Assembly (NCBI RefSeq): GCF_009914755.1
Contig: NC_060945.1
Source of the DNA: the human T2T-CHM13v2.0 reference genome, Homo sapiens
Length of the DNA stretch: 64,000 nt
Strand: one strand, 5' to 3'
Of the stretch, positions 31,069-45,325 are shown piece after piece. A program made the translations under genes and the position numbers. The notes beneath the pieces were generated by a model that was not told the DNA's origin, did not search any database, and worked only from the letters and a program-made list of their open reading frames with translations. Within the stretch, counting starts at the first letter, position 1. Every line of letters starts with the position of its first letter.

Positions 31069-32996
31069 CTCCCTCTCCCGTCTCCCTCTCCCTCTCCCTC
31101 TCCCGTCTCCCTCTCCCTCTCCCGTCTCCCTCTCCCTCTCCCTCTCCCGTCTCCCTCTCCCGTCTCCCTCTCCCGTCTCCCTCTCCCTCTCCCTCTCTCT
31201 CTCCCTCTCCCATCTCCCTCTCCCTCTCCTTTCCACGTTCTCCCTCTCATGCCGGGCCAAAGCTGGACTGTACTGCTGCCATCTCGGCTCGCTGCAGCCT
31301 CCCTGCCTGATTCTCCTGCCTCAGCCTGCCGAGTGCCTGCGATTGCAGGCGTGCGCCACCACGCCTGACTGCTTTTCATGTTTTTTTGGTGGGGACGGGG
31401 TTTCGCTGTGTTGGCCGGACTGGTCTCCAGCTCCTAGCCGCGAGTGATCCGCCAGCCTCGGCCTCCGGAGGTGCCGGGATTGCAGACGGAGTCTCATTCA
31501 CTCAGTGCTCAATGGTGCCCAGGCTGGAGTGCAGGGGCGTGATCTCGGCTCGCTACGGCCTCCACCTCCCAGCCGCCTGCCTTGGCCCCCCAAAGTGCGG
31601 AGATTGCAGCCTCTGCCTGGCCGCCACCCCGTCTGGGAAGTGAGGAGCGTCTCTGCCTGGCTGCCCATTGTCTGGGATGTGAGGAGCCCCTCTGCCTGGC
31701 TGCCCAGTCTGGAAAGTGAGGAGCGTCTCTGCCCGGCCGCCGTCCCACCTGGGAAGTGAGGAGCGCCTCGTCCCGGCCGCCATCCCATCTAGGAAGTGAG
31801 GAGCGTCTCTGCCCGGCAGCCCATCATCTGAGATGTGGGGAGCGCCTCTGCCCCGCCGCCCCGTCTGGGATGTGAGAAGCGCCTCCGCCCGGCCGCCCCG
31901 TCTGAGAAGTGAGGAGACCATCCGCCTGGCAACCGCCCCGTCTGAGAAGTGAGGATCCCCTCCGCCTGGCTGCCACCCCGTCTGGGAAGTGAGGAGCGTC
32001 TCCGCCCAGCAGCCACCCCGTCCGGGGGGGAGGTGGGGGTCAGCCCCCCGCACGGCCAGCCGCCCCGTCCGGGAGGTGGGGGGCGCCTCTGCCCGGCCGC
32101 CCCTGCTGGGAAGTGAGGAGCCCCTCTGCCCAGCCAGGAGCCCCTCTGCCAGGCCAGCCGCCCCGTCCGGGAGGGAGGTGGGGGGCTCAGCCCCCCGCCC
32201 GGCCAGCCGCTCCGTCCGGGAGGGAGGTGGGGGGGGGTCAGCGCCCCCTCCCGGCCAGCCGCCCCGTCTGGGAGGTGTGCCCAACAGCTCATTGAGAATG
32301 GGCCATGATGACGATGGCGGTTTTCTGGAATAGAAAGAGGGGCAAGGTGGGGAAAAGATTGAGAAGTCGGATGGTTGCCGTGTCTGTGTAGAAAGAAGTA
32401 GACATGGGAGACTTTTCATTTTGTTCTGTACTAGGAAAGATTCTTCTGCCTTGGGATCCTGTTGATCTGTGACCTTACCCCCAACCCCATGCTCTCTGAA
32501 ACATGTGCTGTGTCCACTCAGGGTTAAATGGATTAAGGGCGGTGCAAGATGTGCTTTGTTAAACAGATGCCTGAAGGCAACATGCTCGTTAAGAGTCATC
32601 ACCACTCCCTAATCTCAAGTACCCAGGGACACAAACACTCTGCCTAGGAAAACCAGAGACCTTTGTTCACTTGTTTGTCTGCTGACCTTCCCTCCACTAG
32701 TGTCCTATGACCCTGCCAAATACCCCTCTGTGAGAAACACCCAAGAATGATCAATAAAAAAATAAATAAATAAAATTAAAAAAAAAAAAAAGAAAATGGA
32801 TTAATATAATTGTCATGTTAAAAAGTTAAAAGAAAAAAGTTAGAGGATCTTCTTCATAACTACTACAATAATTTAACATTTTATTTCAGATTAATAACTC
32901 AATAAAGTTTACACAGATGGAAATTTACTAAACATGATACATTTATATCAGTATATTTGTGTTTGTCTTCGCTAAAAAAAAAAAAAAAAAAAAAAG
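31069..32996 (+). mobile_element. Full-length SVA retrotransposon (SVA_D-like) with a 3' transduction
   Basis: (CCCTCT)n hexamer ~31069-31230, Alu-like domain, GC-rich VNTR ~31600-32280, SINE-R to AATAAA ~32752 and poly-A to ~32790. Then ~180 bp of unique DNA and a second poly-A at 32974-32995. 14-bp TSD AAAGAAAATTTTAG at 31055-31068 and 32997-33010. Confidence 0.95.
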
Positions 32997-33010
32997 AAAG
33001 AAAATTTTAG

Positions 33011-33610
<600 letters not shown>

Positions 33611-35679
33611 ATTCTCTATGATGGGGCTAAGCTGAGAAGAGGTGGTTGGATATTTAGGAGGAAATGGCCTCTGGTGAGTTAGGCCTGCCTCACCCACCTT
33701 TACAGAATATTCTTCCAGAAGTGCTGGAGCAGAAGGACAAGAGACAGGACAGCAACTTAAAGGACTAGCAAGGTAGAAAGAAGGCTAGGGGTTTCTAGAA
33801 CAGGAAAGAAGAAAGAGTCCCATGGAGAGAAAGAGAATTAAGTTTCAGTCAAAAATCTAAACAGATCATGAATTAAAAAGTAGAAATGCTTTTGGGGTTA
33901 TAAATAACATCTACGATTGCTGAATAAGGATTTCTTATCTCAAAAGTTCAACTCTTTCTGCGAACTTGCAATAACAATTGCACATTTTAATCCTTTAAAG
34001 CTCGCTGTGGCTATGAGCAATCAGATGTAAATGGCTGTATTTCCTTTGGAACAAGTACACTTTGAGCTATTTTGGTATCAGTAATGTTTCATATGGGTTT
34101 CACAATGTATAGACATAAATATATGAACAATCTCCCAGTTCCTATTAAGAGATTGAACAGATGGCCAAGTTATTAATATGTGGCTTAAACCCAGCACTCA
34201 GACATCTGAGAACACGCATTGGATTCCTGAGGCGTCACAGCAATGCTCAGCAGGCTGGCTGCCACATGGTGGCCCAAGAAGCAGGTGCTTGTTATAAACA
34301 TCAAAGCCCCACATCTGACCCAATGGAGACACCCCTGTTCAGAGTACTTGCAAGGCAAGACCAACATGTGCGAGCTCAGAGTCCAGCAGTGGCCCATGGC
34401 CCCTCAGAAGGCCCTGGAGGTGCCCAAGCTCCACCTGCCCATGGACCCCACCGCAGGCCAGCTCTGGCTCAGTCCCTGGGGCTTGAGCCTAACAGACAGG
34501 GCAGGCCATGCTGCCTGCCCATTCTGGGGCCCCTGCCAGGCCCAGTATCTCCTGAAGTTGGAGGCATTCTGGGGCCAAAGAGAGAAGTCCAACATCTCCA
34601 GGGGTGAGCCGAGAAACCAACCTGGACTGCCAGAACTGCCAGGCCTGCCTGAAGGCAGGGGTTTTTCTTGGGTGGGTGGGTTGGCACGAAGTGTTTGCCA
34701 TTGGGATTATCAGTCAGGCCTAGCAGGTAGAGCCGTCTGGAGTCTAACCTGATGCAGCAGGTAGACACTGCGTGCACTGGATGGCTCCTTGGCCCTCAGC
34801 AGCCTCAGTCAGAGGAACTGACGCTCCCAGAAGACCAGCTTCCAAGTACCATTTTGCTGTCTAAAGCACATTTCTGTGACAAGTTCTGCAACTTTCGGTG
34901 TATCTTACTCTTAGCAAAACAACTCCCAAAATCCTTAGTCTAACATGCTCTGAGCCACAGCCCACATGACCTTGAATTTCCTTTCCAGTACAACTTGAGA
35001 GTAGAACCTAGAGCCATGCTCTATGAAGGCTCCCACTCAGTTTTGAAATTGATGCAGCAGGAAACACGTTCTGGACGAAGACTTTTGAATTCAGACAAGG
35101 GCGATGAGTGTCCAGAGAGCCAGGTACGAAGTTCACAGAAGCTGTGATCAGAACACATCCGCAGGACTTGGAGAGATCACAACTCAACAACCTTGTCTAA
35201 CGCCAGTCTGGTTGGCCTGGTGCAAACTGGGCTGGCCAACGTCTGGCCCTCTATGCTGAGCCCACCCACAGTGACTTGAGATGCAGAGATTTGTGATGCC
35301 GGTATCTGCTGAGGCAAGGAATCTTGTTCTTTGCGGCCATTTCCCTCCCTGCAAAGTTGTTTCCTCCAGGAGCCCCAGGGTTTCTGTTCCTTCTGGGTTA
35401 TTCCAGCTGTAGGGCCCCAGAACCATGGCATCCTCTGCGCCATCAGGGCCAGGGGGGACTCCATGTGCCCATAGGTGGTCTTCTATGCCGACGTCTGCTG
35501 CCATAATTCCTAGAGGGTCCAACTAGCCTTGGGCAAAGTCAAATCAACCAGCTGGCTCTGCAAGCTCTGAACACAGAGCTGAGTCTGAATCCACTTCTTT
35601 CTTAACATCCATGAGCCTTGGTGCCCTCGTTTGAACAACAGGCCTCATCTCTAGGCCTGTTTCAAGGATGATATCAAAG

Positions 35680-36182
35680 GATGGCAGAATGCACCATCCC
35701 AATATGCCACTTTGGCACAAGGAACATTGACTCAAAGGAACTTAGAAAAACCGCAGGTCCAAGAAGAGCACTCTGACCCCAACCCCACCCACTTACCACT
35801 CTTTTTTTTCCCTAGAGGTAGGAAATAAAACTTCCATGTGAAAGGCACCCTCCCTTTAGCGGGAGGAAAGGATGATTCTTATCACTAGAAGCAGGGAGTC
35901 AAAGCTCCAGAGTATTTTGAACAAACAGACTTCGTGAAATAACTCTTATCTTCCTTTCATTTCCCCACTTATCTTACTTTTCACAATTGCCTCTCTTTGT
36001 TCAACCCAGTAGCTAAGCACTTGGGTTTTGCCACTTCTTTGGGTCTTCATTTTCCTATGGGGACTCTCGTGTACGTGTAAAAATCTGTGTGCTTTCCTCG
36101 TGTTAATCCTTCTTGTGCCAATCTGATTTCAAGGCCTAGCCGGGGACCCTAAGAGGATGGAAGTAGTTTTGCTTCCCCTACA
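35680..36182 (+). mobile_element. MER34-like ERV1 solo LTR
   Basis: CCCAATATGCCACTTTGGCACAAGG near the start and CTTCCCCTACA at the end resemble the recalled MER34/MER39 group. Confidence 0.55.
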
Positions 36183-37129
36183 ATATGAAAGGACAAATCT
36201 AAAACTGTCTAGACACTATGTCTAGTGCACTGCAGGGAATTAAAAAGCATCAGTTTCCTTCTCTCCTGGTTAATCTCAGTAGCTCCTTTTTAGGATGGTG
36301 GCATCCACAAATGGCAATGAAGATGCAGGAAGGAGAGGGAGATTTTGTTTATATTGCTTGTCCTTTTTCCAAATAAGTAAAACTGACATTTCTGGCTTCT
36401 AAAATTATCATTTCCTACAAGTAACTATACTGAATTGGCTTCATTGAAAACCTTTTATGTGCACTTTCTCTCACAGATTTGTTATAACGAAACCAAAGGC
36501 AATACAAATAAATCTGCCGATAACCCTGGATTACTTTTATTGTTAACAGTAATCAAAATGATCGCACTTTCATCTCCCTTCGTTTCCTTTTCTAAGGTGT
36601 TAATGAGGAGTGACATCACCCTGGAATTTCACTAAAGATAAAATATAATTTACAGATTATACTGAGACAAGGCTTCTATTTGTGGTTAATGGAGTTCATT
36701 TAAACAGCGCCAGATTGTTCTTGAGTTAAAGAGGTCACCAAATAGGGGCTGGTGATATTTTTCATGTTCAAAATGTTTGTGGTAATTGTATATAATGTGA
36801 TAGGAGTGGACCACAAATTGGATAACCAGTACGGAGGTATTCTAAAGTCAGATTATTAAATCAAGAAGCTACCCAGAATTAGATGGCATGGCATGCAAAT
36901 TGAGTTCCTTCTGCCACCAAAGGCTCCCAGCCCAGTCTCATCTATCTAAGCTTTTCTTGAAGCTTGATTTATCAAGAGAGTTCCAATGCTGGACCCATTT
37001 CTCTACCCAAAACCCAGAATTCCAGGCAGTCATCGGTGCTCTCCTTCTCTTTCTCCTTTCATCTTTCTCTACATCCTCCTTCTCTTTGACCCTCTTCCAA
37101 CCCAAATTAAGACTGCAAGATTTGACCAA

Positions 37130-37410
37130 GGCTGGTGGCTCACACCTGCAATCACAGCACTTTGGGAGGCCAAAGTGAGAGGATCACTTGAGGCCAGGAG
37201 TTTGAGGCCAGCCTGGGCAACATAGTGAGACACCATCTCACTATGGTGGCATCTCAGCATGGTGGCACACGTGCAGTCCTAGCTACTCAGGAGGCTGAGG
37301 TGGCAGGATCACTGGAGTCCAAGAGTTCAAGGCTGCAGTGAGCTATGATGGCGCCATGGCACTCCAGCCTTGGCAACAGAGACTGTCTTCAATTAATTAA
37401 TAAAATAAAA
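37130..37410 (+). mobile_element. AluJ element
   Basis: Dimeric Alu with GAGTTCAAGGCTGCAGTGAGCTATGAT. Confidence 0.85.
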
Positions 37411-37509
37411 ACTAAAAGACTGCAAGACTTGAACACAACTCAGGAACGAGTCTCCATTGGCAAAAACAAGATAGAAACTGGATTGGGTAATTTATCATGA
37501 ATGGAATTC

Positions 37510-37825
37510 TGCATAAATGTCCTGGCTCACAGTTCTGGAGGCTGGGAAGTCCAAGATCAAGGTGCCAGCAGGTTTGGTATCTGGTGAGGGCTTGGCATCC
37601 ACTTCCAAGGTGGTGAGGAATTAACTCTTTTCCTCACATGGCAGAAGAGCCAAGAAAGAGCAAGAGGGGGCCGAAATTGCCCTTTCATAACACCACCAAT
37701 CCCACCGATGAAGGGGTAACCCTTATGGCCTAACCGCCTCTTAAAGCTTCCAGCTCTTAATATCATCACAATGGCAATTAAGTTTCGACATGAGTTTTGG
37801 AGGGGACAGACATTCAAACCACAGT
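37510..37825 (-). mobile_element. MST-family MaLR LTR fragment
   Basis: GCTCACAGTTCTGGAGGCTGGGAAGTCCAAGATCAAGGTGCCAGCAG...CATTCAAACCACAG. Confidence 0.75.
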
Positions 37826-40069
37826 GCCATTTGTGTTCATTCTGCTTTTTAGTTTTCTCCAGAAACTACTGGCCTTCAAATTAGTAATTTACTGGCATGA
37901 ATATAATTACAAATTATATACCTCTAAATAATTATTGATCTGTTACTCATGATTTCAGTATAAAGTATGCAATATACAACTCATTTGACCAACCAGTACA
38001 TGCTAAGTCCAATGATTGAGCATCAATCCTCATTTTCCTTGGTGTATCAGTTGCACTAAACCCAGGTGAGCCATCCTTCCTGCTTCAACACATTCTTCAC
38101 CAGGCTTCCAGGAAACTAGGAAACCATGGTTTCATCCTACCTCCCATGGGCTCTTCTCCATCTCCTGTCATCTCCCTGACCATGTGACACTGCAGAGCCC
38201 CAGGGTTCATCCCTTGGTCCTCCCTCTGTACTCATTGCCTGCTTATCTCTACCAAGCCCACAGCACTGTATGCGATCTCTTCAGACAGCTCCCATTTTTA
38301 GCCTCCCCAACTGCCTACTCAACAACTTCACTTGAATGTCTAGTTGACTTCTCAAACTTGATGTATACAAATCAGAATGTCTGGGTTTCTGTCTACAGCA
38401 TACCCCCATCTCAGCTAAAATAACTCCATTCCAGTTGCTCAGACCACACATTTGATATCAATTTGGTTCCTCCCATTCATACCTACATCTGAGCTGTTAG
38501 CAAATCCTATTGGCCAGATTAATCAGAGTGGTTAATGGAATGGTATAGATACAAGGGGTGAATACTATTGGAATACAACTCTTCATGGGTCACTCACATT
38601 TCTGCATTTCTTGAGAGCAGAAGTACTCTCTCTTCAAGGCTGTTTGTATAGCAAACAGTCTTAGAAGATAGAGATGCTATCTCCTAGATCAAAGGGCAGA
38701 TTTGCTATGTGGTAAAATAAGAGAGAAAAGGGCAGGTTTGCTTGTCCATCATAAAAGATTTGAATTCCCTAAGTTCAAGGTTCCTCAGCTGTGACACAGA
38801 GCTCCCACCTGGACTCTTCATCATCCCTGTAGGACTTAGGGGACAAAGGATGCTGACAAAAACATGAAGCACACACTTCTTGCTGTCCTGTAAGAAAATT
38901 CTCTGTCTCTAACCCAGAAATGGGTGAAATCTGTCAGTCAGTTTGCAAGTAAGGCACAACCCCAGACCCTTCAGTTCTATGACTTTCGGAGCACAGAGTG
39001 GGCTTATAATTAGATACAAAGAAAGCTCACAATGTTTTTAAGGGTATTGTATTTCAGGCTTTCTTCTTTCTATGGATAAGAAAGCTCCTCAGGTGGCAAC
39101 AAAGGCCATTTCTTTGGAAGCAGGCATGGCATGTGACGAAAAAGACATCTCAGAAAAGAGCCAAGAATAAGACTGGAGAGCCACTGTCAGAGAACAGAAA
39201 CTGGGCTTAATCAAGGAACATCTCTTGTTCCCAGAGTAGGAGGCTGGCAATATTTTCTCACTGAAATTTCAGAATTGTTATGGACCAGTGACTGCTCTAT
39301 GTGTTCTATTTGTTCCCTTTTCAAATGGAAGCATTTATTGCAGACGACCTGCCTCTGTCCCACCATTGTGTATTAGGTTTGTAGAGTGTAGACAACTTGC
39401 CTTTTTAGTTTGTAGGTTTCTGTATCAAGAGAAGATGTGTGTGGGCCTAACCTAGATTACAGGATCCTGGACTTCAAGTCTGATATAATGACTGGATGAG
39501 ACTTTGACTGTCCTAGAATTGGGATGAACATATTTTGCCGGTGGGAGGGCGTGAGTAATTGCGGTTAGAGGGCAGACTGTCCCTCACACCTATTCCTTTT
39601 CATGGTGCCTTCCCAAACTGCCTCTGGAGGTGGCCACACAAATGGCTTTGGCCATTGTGACCATGGGAAACTTGATGCAGAGGCTGGAAAAAGCACTTGC
39701 ATGTTTCTGTCTCCTCTCTTGTTCCTCTACAATCACAAGAAATGTCTAGGCAGGTCTGAGCAGGCCCAGGCTCATCTGCCATGGAAGAAGAATGGCACAT
39801 GGAAGAGGGTCACATTGTCCCAACCAAGACGATCCCAGACCAGCCAGGCCCCAGTTCATGGTTCAAGACACATGAACATAGTTGCATGAACCAAGATTAG
39901 TTGTGTATGGCCCAGACTAGCAGCAGCACCCATCCAACCTACAGACTCTGAGAAATAAATACTAGTTGTCTTAAGCTTCCAAGTTTCAGTGTGAGCATTA
40001 GGTAGTAACAGTTAATGAATAAGACAGATAATCATTTTATCTGTCTGGATACTTATACAATGATTTCTA

Positions 40070-43000
40070 TTTTTTATTGATACATAATATTTTACATATT
40101 GATGGGGTACATGTGACATTTTGCTACATACATAGAATGTGTAATGATCCAGTCAGGATATCTGAGGTGTCCATCACTTTGAGAATTTCTCACTTCTGTG
40201 TGTTGGGAACAATTCAAGTCGTCTCTTCTAGTTATTTTAAAATATACAATACATTGTTAACTGTAGTCTTTTTTATTGAATGACAGGACTTGTACCTTTT
40301 ATCTAACTGTATGTTTGTATCTATTAAGCTAGTTCTCTTTATCCCTGCCCCCTCCTACCCACTCACTCTTCCCAACCTCTAACATGTATCATCCTATTCT
40401 ATATCTCCATGAGATCAACTTCTTTAGCTCCCACATATGAGCAAAAACATATGATGTTTGTCTTTCTGTGCCTGGTTTATTTCACTTAAGACCTCCATTT
40501 CCATCCATGTTACTATAAATGACAGGATTTCATTCTTTTTGTGGCCAAACAGTATTTCATTGTGTATATATACTACATTTTCTTTATCCATTCATCCATT
40601 GATGAACACTTACGTTGATTCCATATCTTTGCTATTGTGAATGGTGCTGCAATAAACATGCACGTGCAGTTATCCCTTTGATACACTGATTTATTTTCCT
40701 TTGGATAAATACCCAGTAGTGAGATTGCTGGATCATACGGTAGTTCTACTTTTAGTTTTTGAGACATTTCCATACTTTTCCAGTGTTTGTATTAATTTAC
40801 ATTCCCATCAACAATGTATAAGATTTCCCTTTCCTCCACATCCTCACCAGCATCTGCTATTTTTTGTCTTTTTAATAATAGTCATTCTAACTGGGGTGAG
40901 AGGATATCTCGCTATGGTTTTGATTTGCATTTCCCTGATATTTAATGATATTGAGCATTTCTTCATATAACCTATTGGCCATTTGTGTGTCTTTTTTTTT
41001 TTTTTTTTTTTTTTTGAGAATTGTCTACTCATTTTTGGCTTTTTAAAAGATTTATTTTTTGTTGTTGTTGAGTTTAGTGCATATCCTGGATATTAGTCTC
41101 TTATCTGATGAAGAGTTTGCCAATATTTTCTCCCATTCAACAGGTTGTCTCTTCATTCTGTTGACTGTTTCCTTTGCTGTGCAGAAGCACTTTATATACA
41201 GTCCCATTTGTCTATTTTTTAGTAGTCTATGCATTTAAGGTCTCAGCCACAAAATCTTTGCCTAGACCAGTCCTAAAGTGTTTCCCCTATATTTTCTTCT
41301 AGTAGTTTTATTGTTTCATGTCTTATATTTAAGTCTATAATCCATTGTGAGTTGATTTTTGTATATGGTGAGATAGGGGCCTTGTTTCATTCCTCTGCAT
41401 ATAGATATTTAATTTTCTCAGCACCATTTATTGAAGGTGTCCTTCCCTATTGTATGTTCTTGGTGCCTTTGTCAAAATTCAGTTGGCTATAAATATGTGA
41501 ATTTATTTCTGGGTTCTCTATGTGGTTCCATTAGTCTATGTGTCTATTTTTATACCAATATCATGCTGTTTTGATTACCATAGCCTTGTAATATATTTTG
41601 AAGTCAGGTAGTGTGATGCCTCCAGCTTTGTTCTTTTTGCTCAGGATTGCTGTGCATACTCTGGCTTTTTGGTTACATACAAATTTCAGGATTTTTGTAT
41701 TTCTGTGAAAAATGGCATTAGTATTTTGATAGGAATTGCACTGGATCTGTATATTGTCCTGGACAACATGGTCATTTTAACAATATTAATTCTTCTAATC
41801 TATGAGTATGAGACGTCTTCCCACTTGTTTGTGTCCTCTTCAATTTCTTTCATTGGTGTTTCATAATCTCCCTTCTACAGGCCTTTCACCTCCTTGGTTA
41901 AATTAATTCCTAGGTATTTTTTTGTAGCTACTGTAAATGGGACTGCCTTCTTTCTCAGCTAGTTCATTTTTGGTGCATAGAAACCCTATTTTTGTATGTT
42001 CATTTTCTATCCTGCAACATTACCAAATTTGCTTATCAGCTTTAAGTGTGTATTTTGCTTTGCTTGTAGAGTCTTCTGGTTTCTCTAAATGTAAGACGAT
42101 GTCATCTGCAAACGGGGACAATTTGACTTCCTCTTAAAAATCTGTATGCCTTTTATTCCTTTCTCTTGCCTGATTGCTCTGGCTCTACCTCCAGTACTAT
42201 ACTGAATAAAAGTGGTAAAAGTGAGCATCCTTCCTTGTCTTGCTCTAGTTCTTAGAGGAAATACTTCCAGTTTTTCCCCACTCAGTATGATGTTAGCTGT
42301 GGGTCATATATAGCCTTTATTATGTTAAGATATGTTTCTTCTGTACCTGGTTTGTTGACAGCTTTTTATCATAAAAGGATGTAGAATTTTATCAAATGTT
42401 TTTTCTGCATCTATTGAGATAATCATATGGTTTTTGTCATTCATTCTACTGTTGTGATGTATCATGTTTATTGATTTGTGTATGTTAAACCATCCTTGTG
42501 TCCTTGGTATAAATTATACTTGGTCATGGTGTATTATCTTTTTGGCATCCTGTCGAATTGTTTGCTAGCTTTTTGTTTTGTTCTTTTTGAGAATTTTTAT
42601 GTCTAGGTTCCTTAGAAACACTGGCCTGTAGTTCTCTTTTTGTGTGTGTGTCCTTGTCTAGTTTGGTGTCAGGGAAATGGTGGTCTTGTAGAATGAGTTG
42701 TTTTTTCTTTGATTTTTTTGCAAGAGTTTGAGGAGAATGGGTATTAGTTCTTCTTTATGTGGTTGGTCAAATTGGCAGTGAATTCATTCAGTCATGAGCT
42801 TTTCTTTTTTTGGGAGGGTTCTCATTACTGAGTTAATCACACTGCTCATTACTGATCTGTTCAGATTTTCTATTTCTTCTGGAATCTCAGTAGTTGTGTG
42901 TTTCCAGCAATTTATCCATTTCCTCTAGGTTTTCTAGTTTGGTAGTATATAGCTATTCATAATAGTCTCTGATGATCTTTTGTATTTCTGTGATATCAGT

Positions 43001-43900
43001 TGTAATGTCTTTTTCATTTCCTATTTGGGTCTTTTCTTGTTTAGTCTAGCAAGGGGTTTATCTATTTTATCTTTTTGAAGAACCAACTTTTTGTTTCATT
43101 GACCCTTTCTACGTCTTTAGTCTTTATTTCATTTAGATTTGCTCTGAACTTTACTATGTCTTTCCTTCTAATTTTGGGTTTGGTTTGTTCTTTTCTAGTT
43201 CCTTGAGGTGCATCATTGAATTGTTTCTTTGATATCTATCTACTCATTTGATGTAGGTGTTTATTGCTATACACTCTCCCCTCCTAGAGCTCCTTTTGTT
43301 GTGTCCCATAGGTCTTGGTATGTTGTTTCTATTTTCATTTGTTTCAAACATTTTATTTCCATATTAATTTTTATCATTCAGGAGGAGCATATTATTTAAT
43401 TCCCATGTATTTGTATAGTTTCCAAAGTTCCTCTTATTTCTATTTTTACTCCATTGTGGTCTGAGAAGATACTTCATATGATTTCAATTTTTAAAAATTT
43501 GTCAAGACTTGTTTTTTGTCCTAACATATGGTCTATCCTGGAGAATGTTCCATGTGCTGATGAGAAAAATGTGTACTCAGCAGTTGCTGAGTAACATGTT
43601 CTACAAATATCTGTTAGATCCATTTGGTCTAAAGTCTAGTTTAAATCCAATGAGTTTTTGTTAATTTTGTCTAGATGATCTGAGACTGAGGTGAAGTCCC
43701 CAACAATTATCGTGTTGGAGTCTACCTCTCTTTTTAAATCTAGAAATATTTGCTTTATAAATCCGGGTGGTCTAGTGTTGGGTGCATATATTTAGTTGTT
43801 ATTTCCTCATTAGATTGATCTCTTTACTATTATATAATAACTGTTTACTGCTTCTGGCATAAAGTCTGTTTTATGTAAGTACAGCCATTCCTGCTTGAGT
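40070..43900 (-). mobile_element. L1MA-type LINE-1, ~3.8-kb 5'-truncated copy
   Basis: L1MA-like 3' end; ORF2p motifs on the minus strand ([44 protein letters not shown]) with stops and frameshifts. Confidence 0.92.
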
Positions 43901-45014
43901 TTAGTACCATGTTGACAAAGGGATGCATAGAGAGTTGGTAAAGCATGATTTCTGGGTGTCTGTGTGAAGGTGTTTTGAGAAGAGTTTAGCATGAGTCTGT
44001 GGAGTGAGTGGGAAGATTCTCCCTCAATGTCAGCAGGAACCATCCATCCACTGGGGGCCCAGGTAGAAAAAGATGAAGAAATGGTGAATTCTCTCTCTCT
44101 CCTGGAGCTGGGTCACCCTTCTTCTGCCCTTGAACAGGACATCACAACTCCAGGCTCTCCAGCCTTTGGACTCCAAGACTGACACCAGTGCCCCTCCCCA
44201 ATTACCCCAGGCCCTCAGGCCTTTGGCCTAGGATTGAGACTTACACCATCAGCTTCCCTGGTTCTGAGGCTTCTGGACTTGCACTGGGCCATACTACCAG
44301 CATCCCAGGGTCTCCAGCTTGCAGACAGCCTGTTGTGGGACTTTTCAGCCTCCATAATCAAGTAAGCCAATTTCCCTGGTATCTATATAGATATACAATC
44401 ATGTTTTGCTTACCAGCCTGAAAAATGTATCGCTAGATGAGTCTGTCATTGCATAAACATCATAGTGTACTTACACAAACCTAGATTCTATAGCCTACTA
44501 CACACCTAGTCTATAAACATGTACAGCATGTTACTGTACTGAATATTGTAGGCAACTGTAACACAATGGTGAATATTTGCATATTTAAACATATCTTATC
44601 ATTAAAAAGATACAGTAAACATAAGGTATAAAAGACAAAAACCGGCACACCTATATAGGGCACTTACCATAAATGCAGCTTGCAGGACTAGAAGTCACTC
44701 AGGGTGAGTCAGTGAGCGAACGTGAAGGCCTAGGTTATTACTGTCCACTACGGTAGACTTTATCAACACTGTACACAGGCTACACTAAATTTATTTTTTA
44801 AAAATTTGCTCTCCAATAATAAATTAATCTTCGCATCCTTTTTTTGTTGTTCACTGTGGCATCCAGTTTCTACCCACAAAGAAAAAGCTCCAATGCACCT
44901 TTTAATTTTTTGAAAAATTCCTGATATTACAGAACTAAATTGAAATGTATTAACATCTCACTCTTACATTTTCATAATAAACAGAAAAATTCATAAGCCA
45001 AAAAACAAAAACAG

Positions 45015-45325
45015 GGAGTGCTGGTCACAGTGGTTCATGCCTGTAATACCGGCACTTCGAAAGGCTGAGGTAGGTGGATCGCTTCAGCTCAGGAGTTTAA
45101 GACCAGCCTGGACAACATAATGAAATCCTGTCTCTCTGAAAAATACAAAAATTAGCCGGGTGTGGTGGCATGCACCTGTGGTCCCAGCTACTTGGGGGTC
45201 TGAGGTGAGAGGACTGCTTGAGCCTGAGCGGTCAAGGCTGCAGTGAGCCATGTTTGCCCCACTGTACTCCAGCCTGGGCGACAGAGCAAGACCCTTTCTC
45301 AAAAAACAAACAACTACAAAAACAG
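45015..45325 (+). mobile_element. AluJ inserted in the PCBP2 retrocopy 3'UTR
   Basis: Dimeric Alu; PCBP2 UTR sequence continues on both sides. Confidence 0.85.

Noticed and set aside
31600-32280. Regularly spaced repeats resembling a CRISPR array
   Set aside because: SVA VNTR in a primate genome; no unique spacers and no cas genes.
31553-32605. 350-aa minus-strand ORF and overlapping ORFs
   Set aside because: Antisense reading of the GC-rich SVA VNTR/SINE-R, typical of SVAs.
34161-34777. Cluster of 100-169 aa ORFs
   Set aside because: No recognisable homology or exon structure; expected by chance in GC-richer DNA.
40573-41234. L1 ORF2-like peptides
   Set aside because: Fragmented, 5'-truncated old L1; not retrotransposition-competent.
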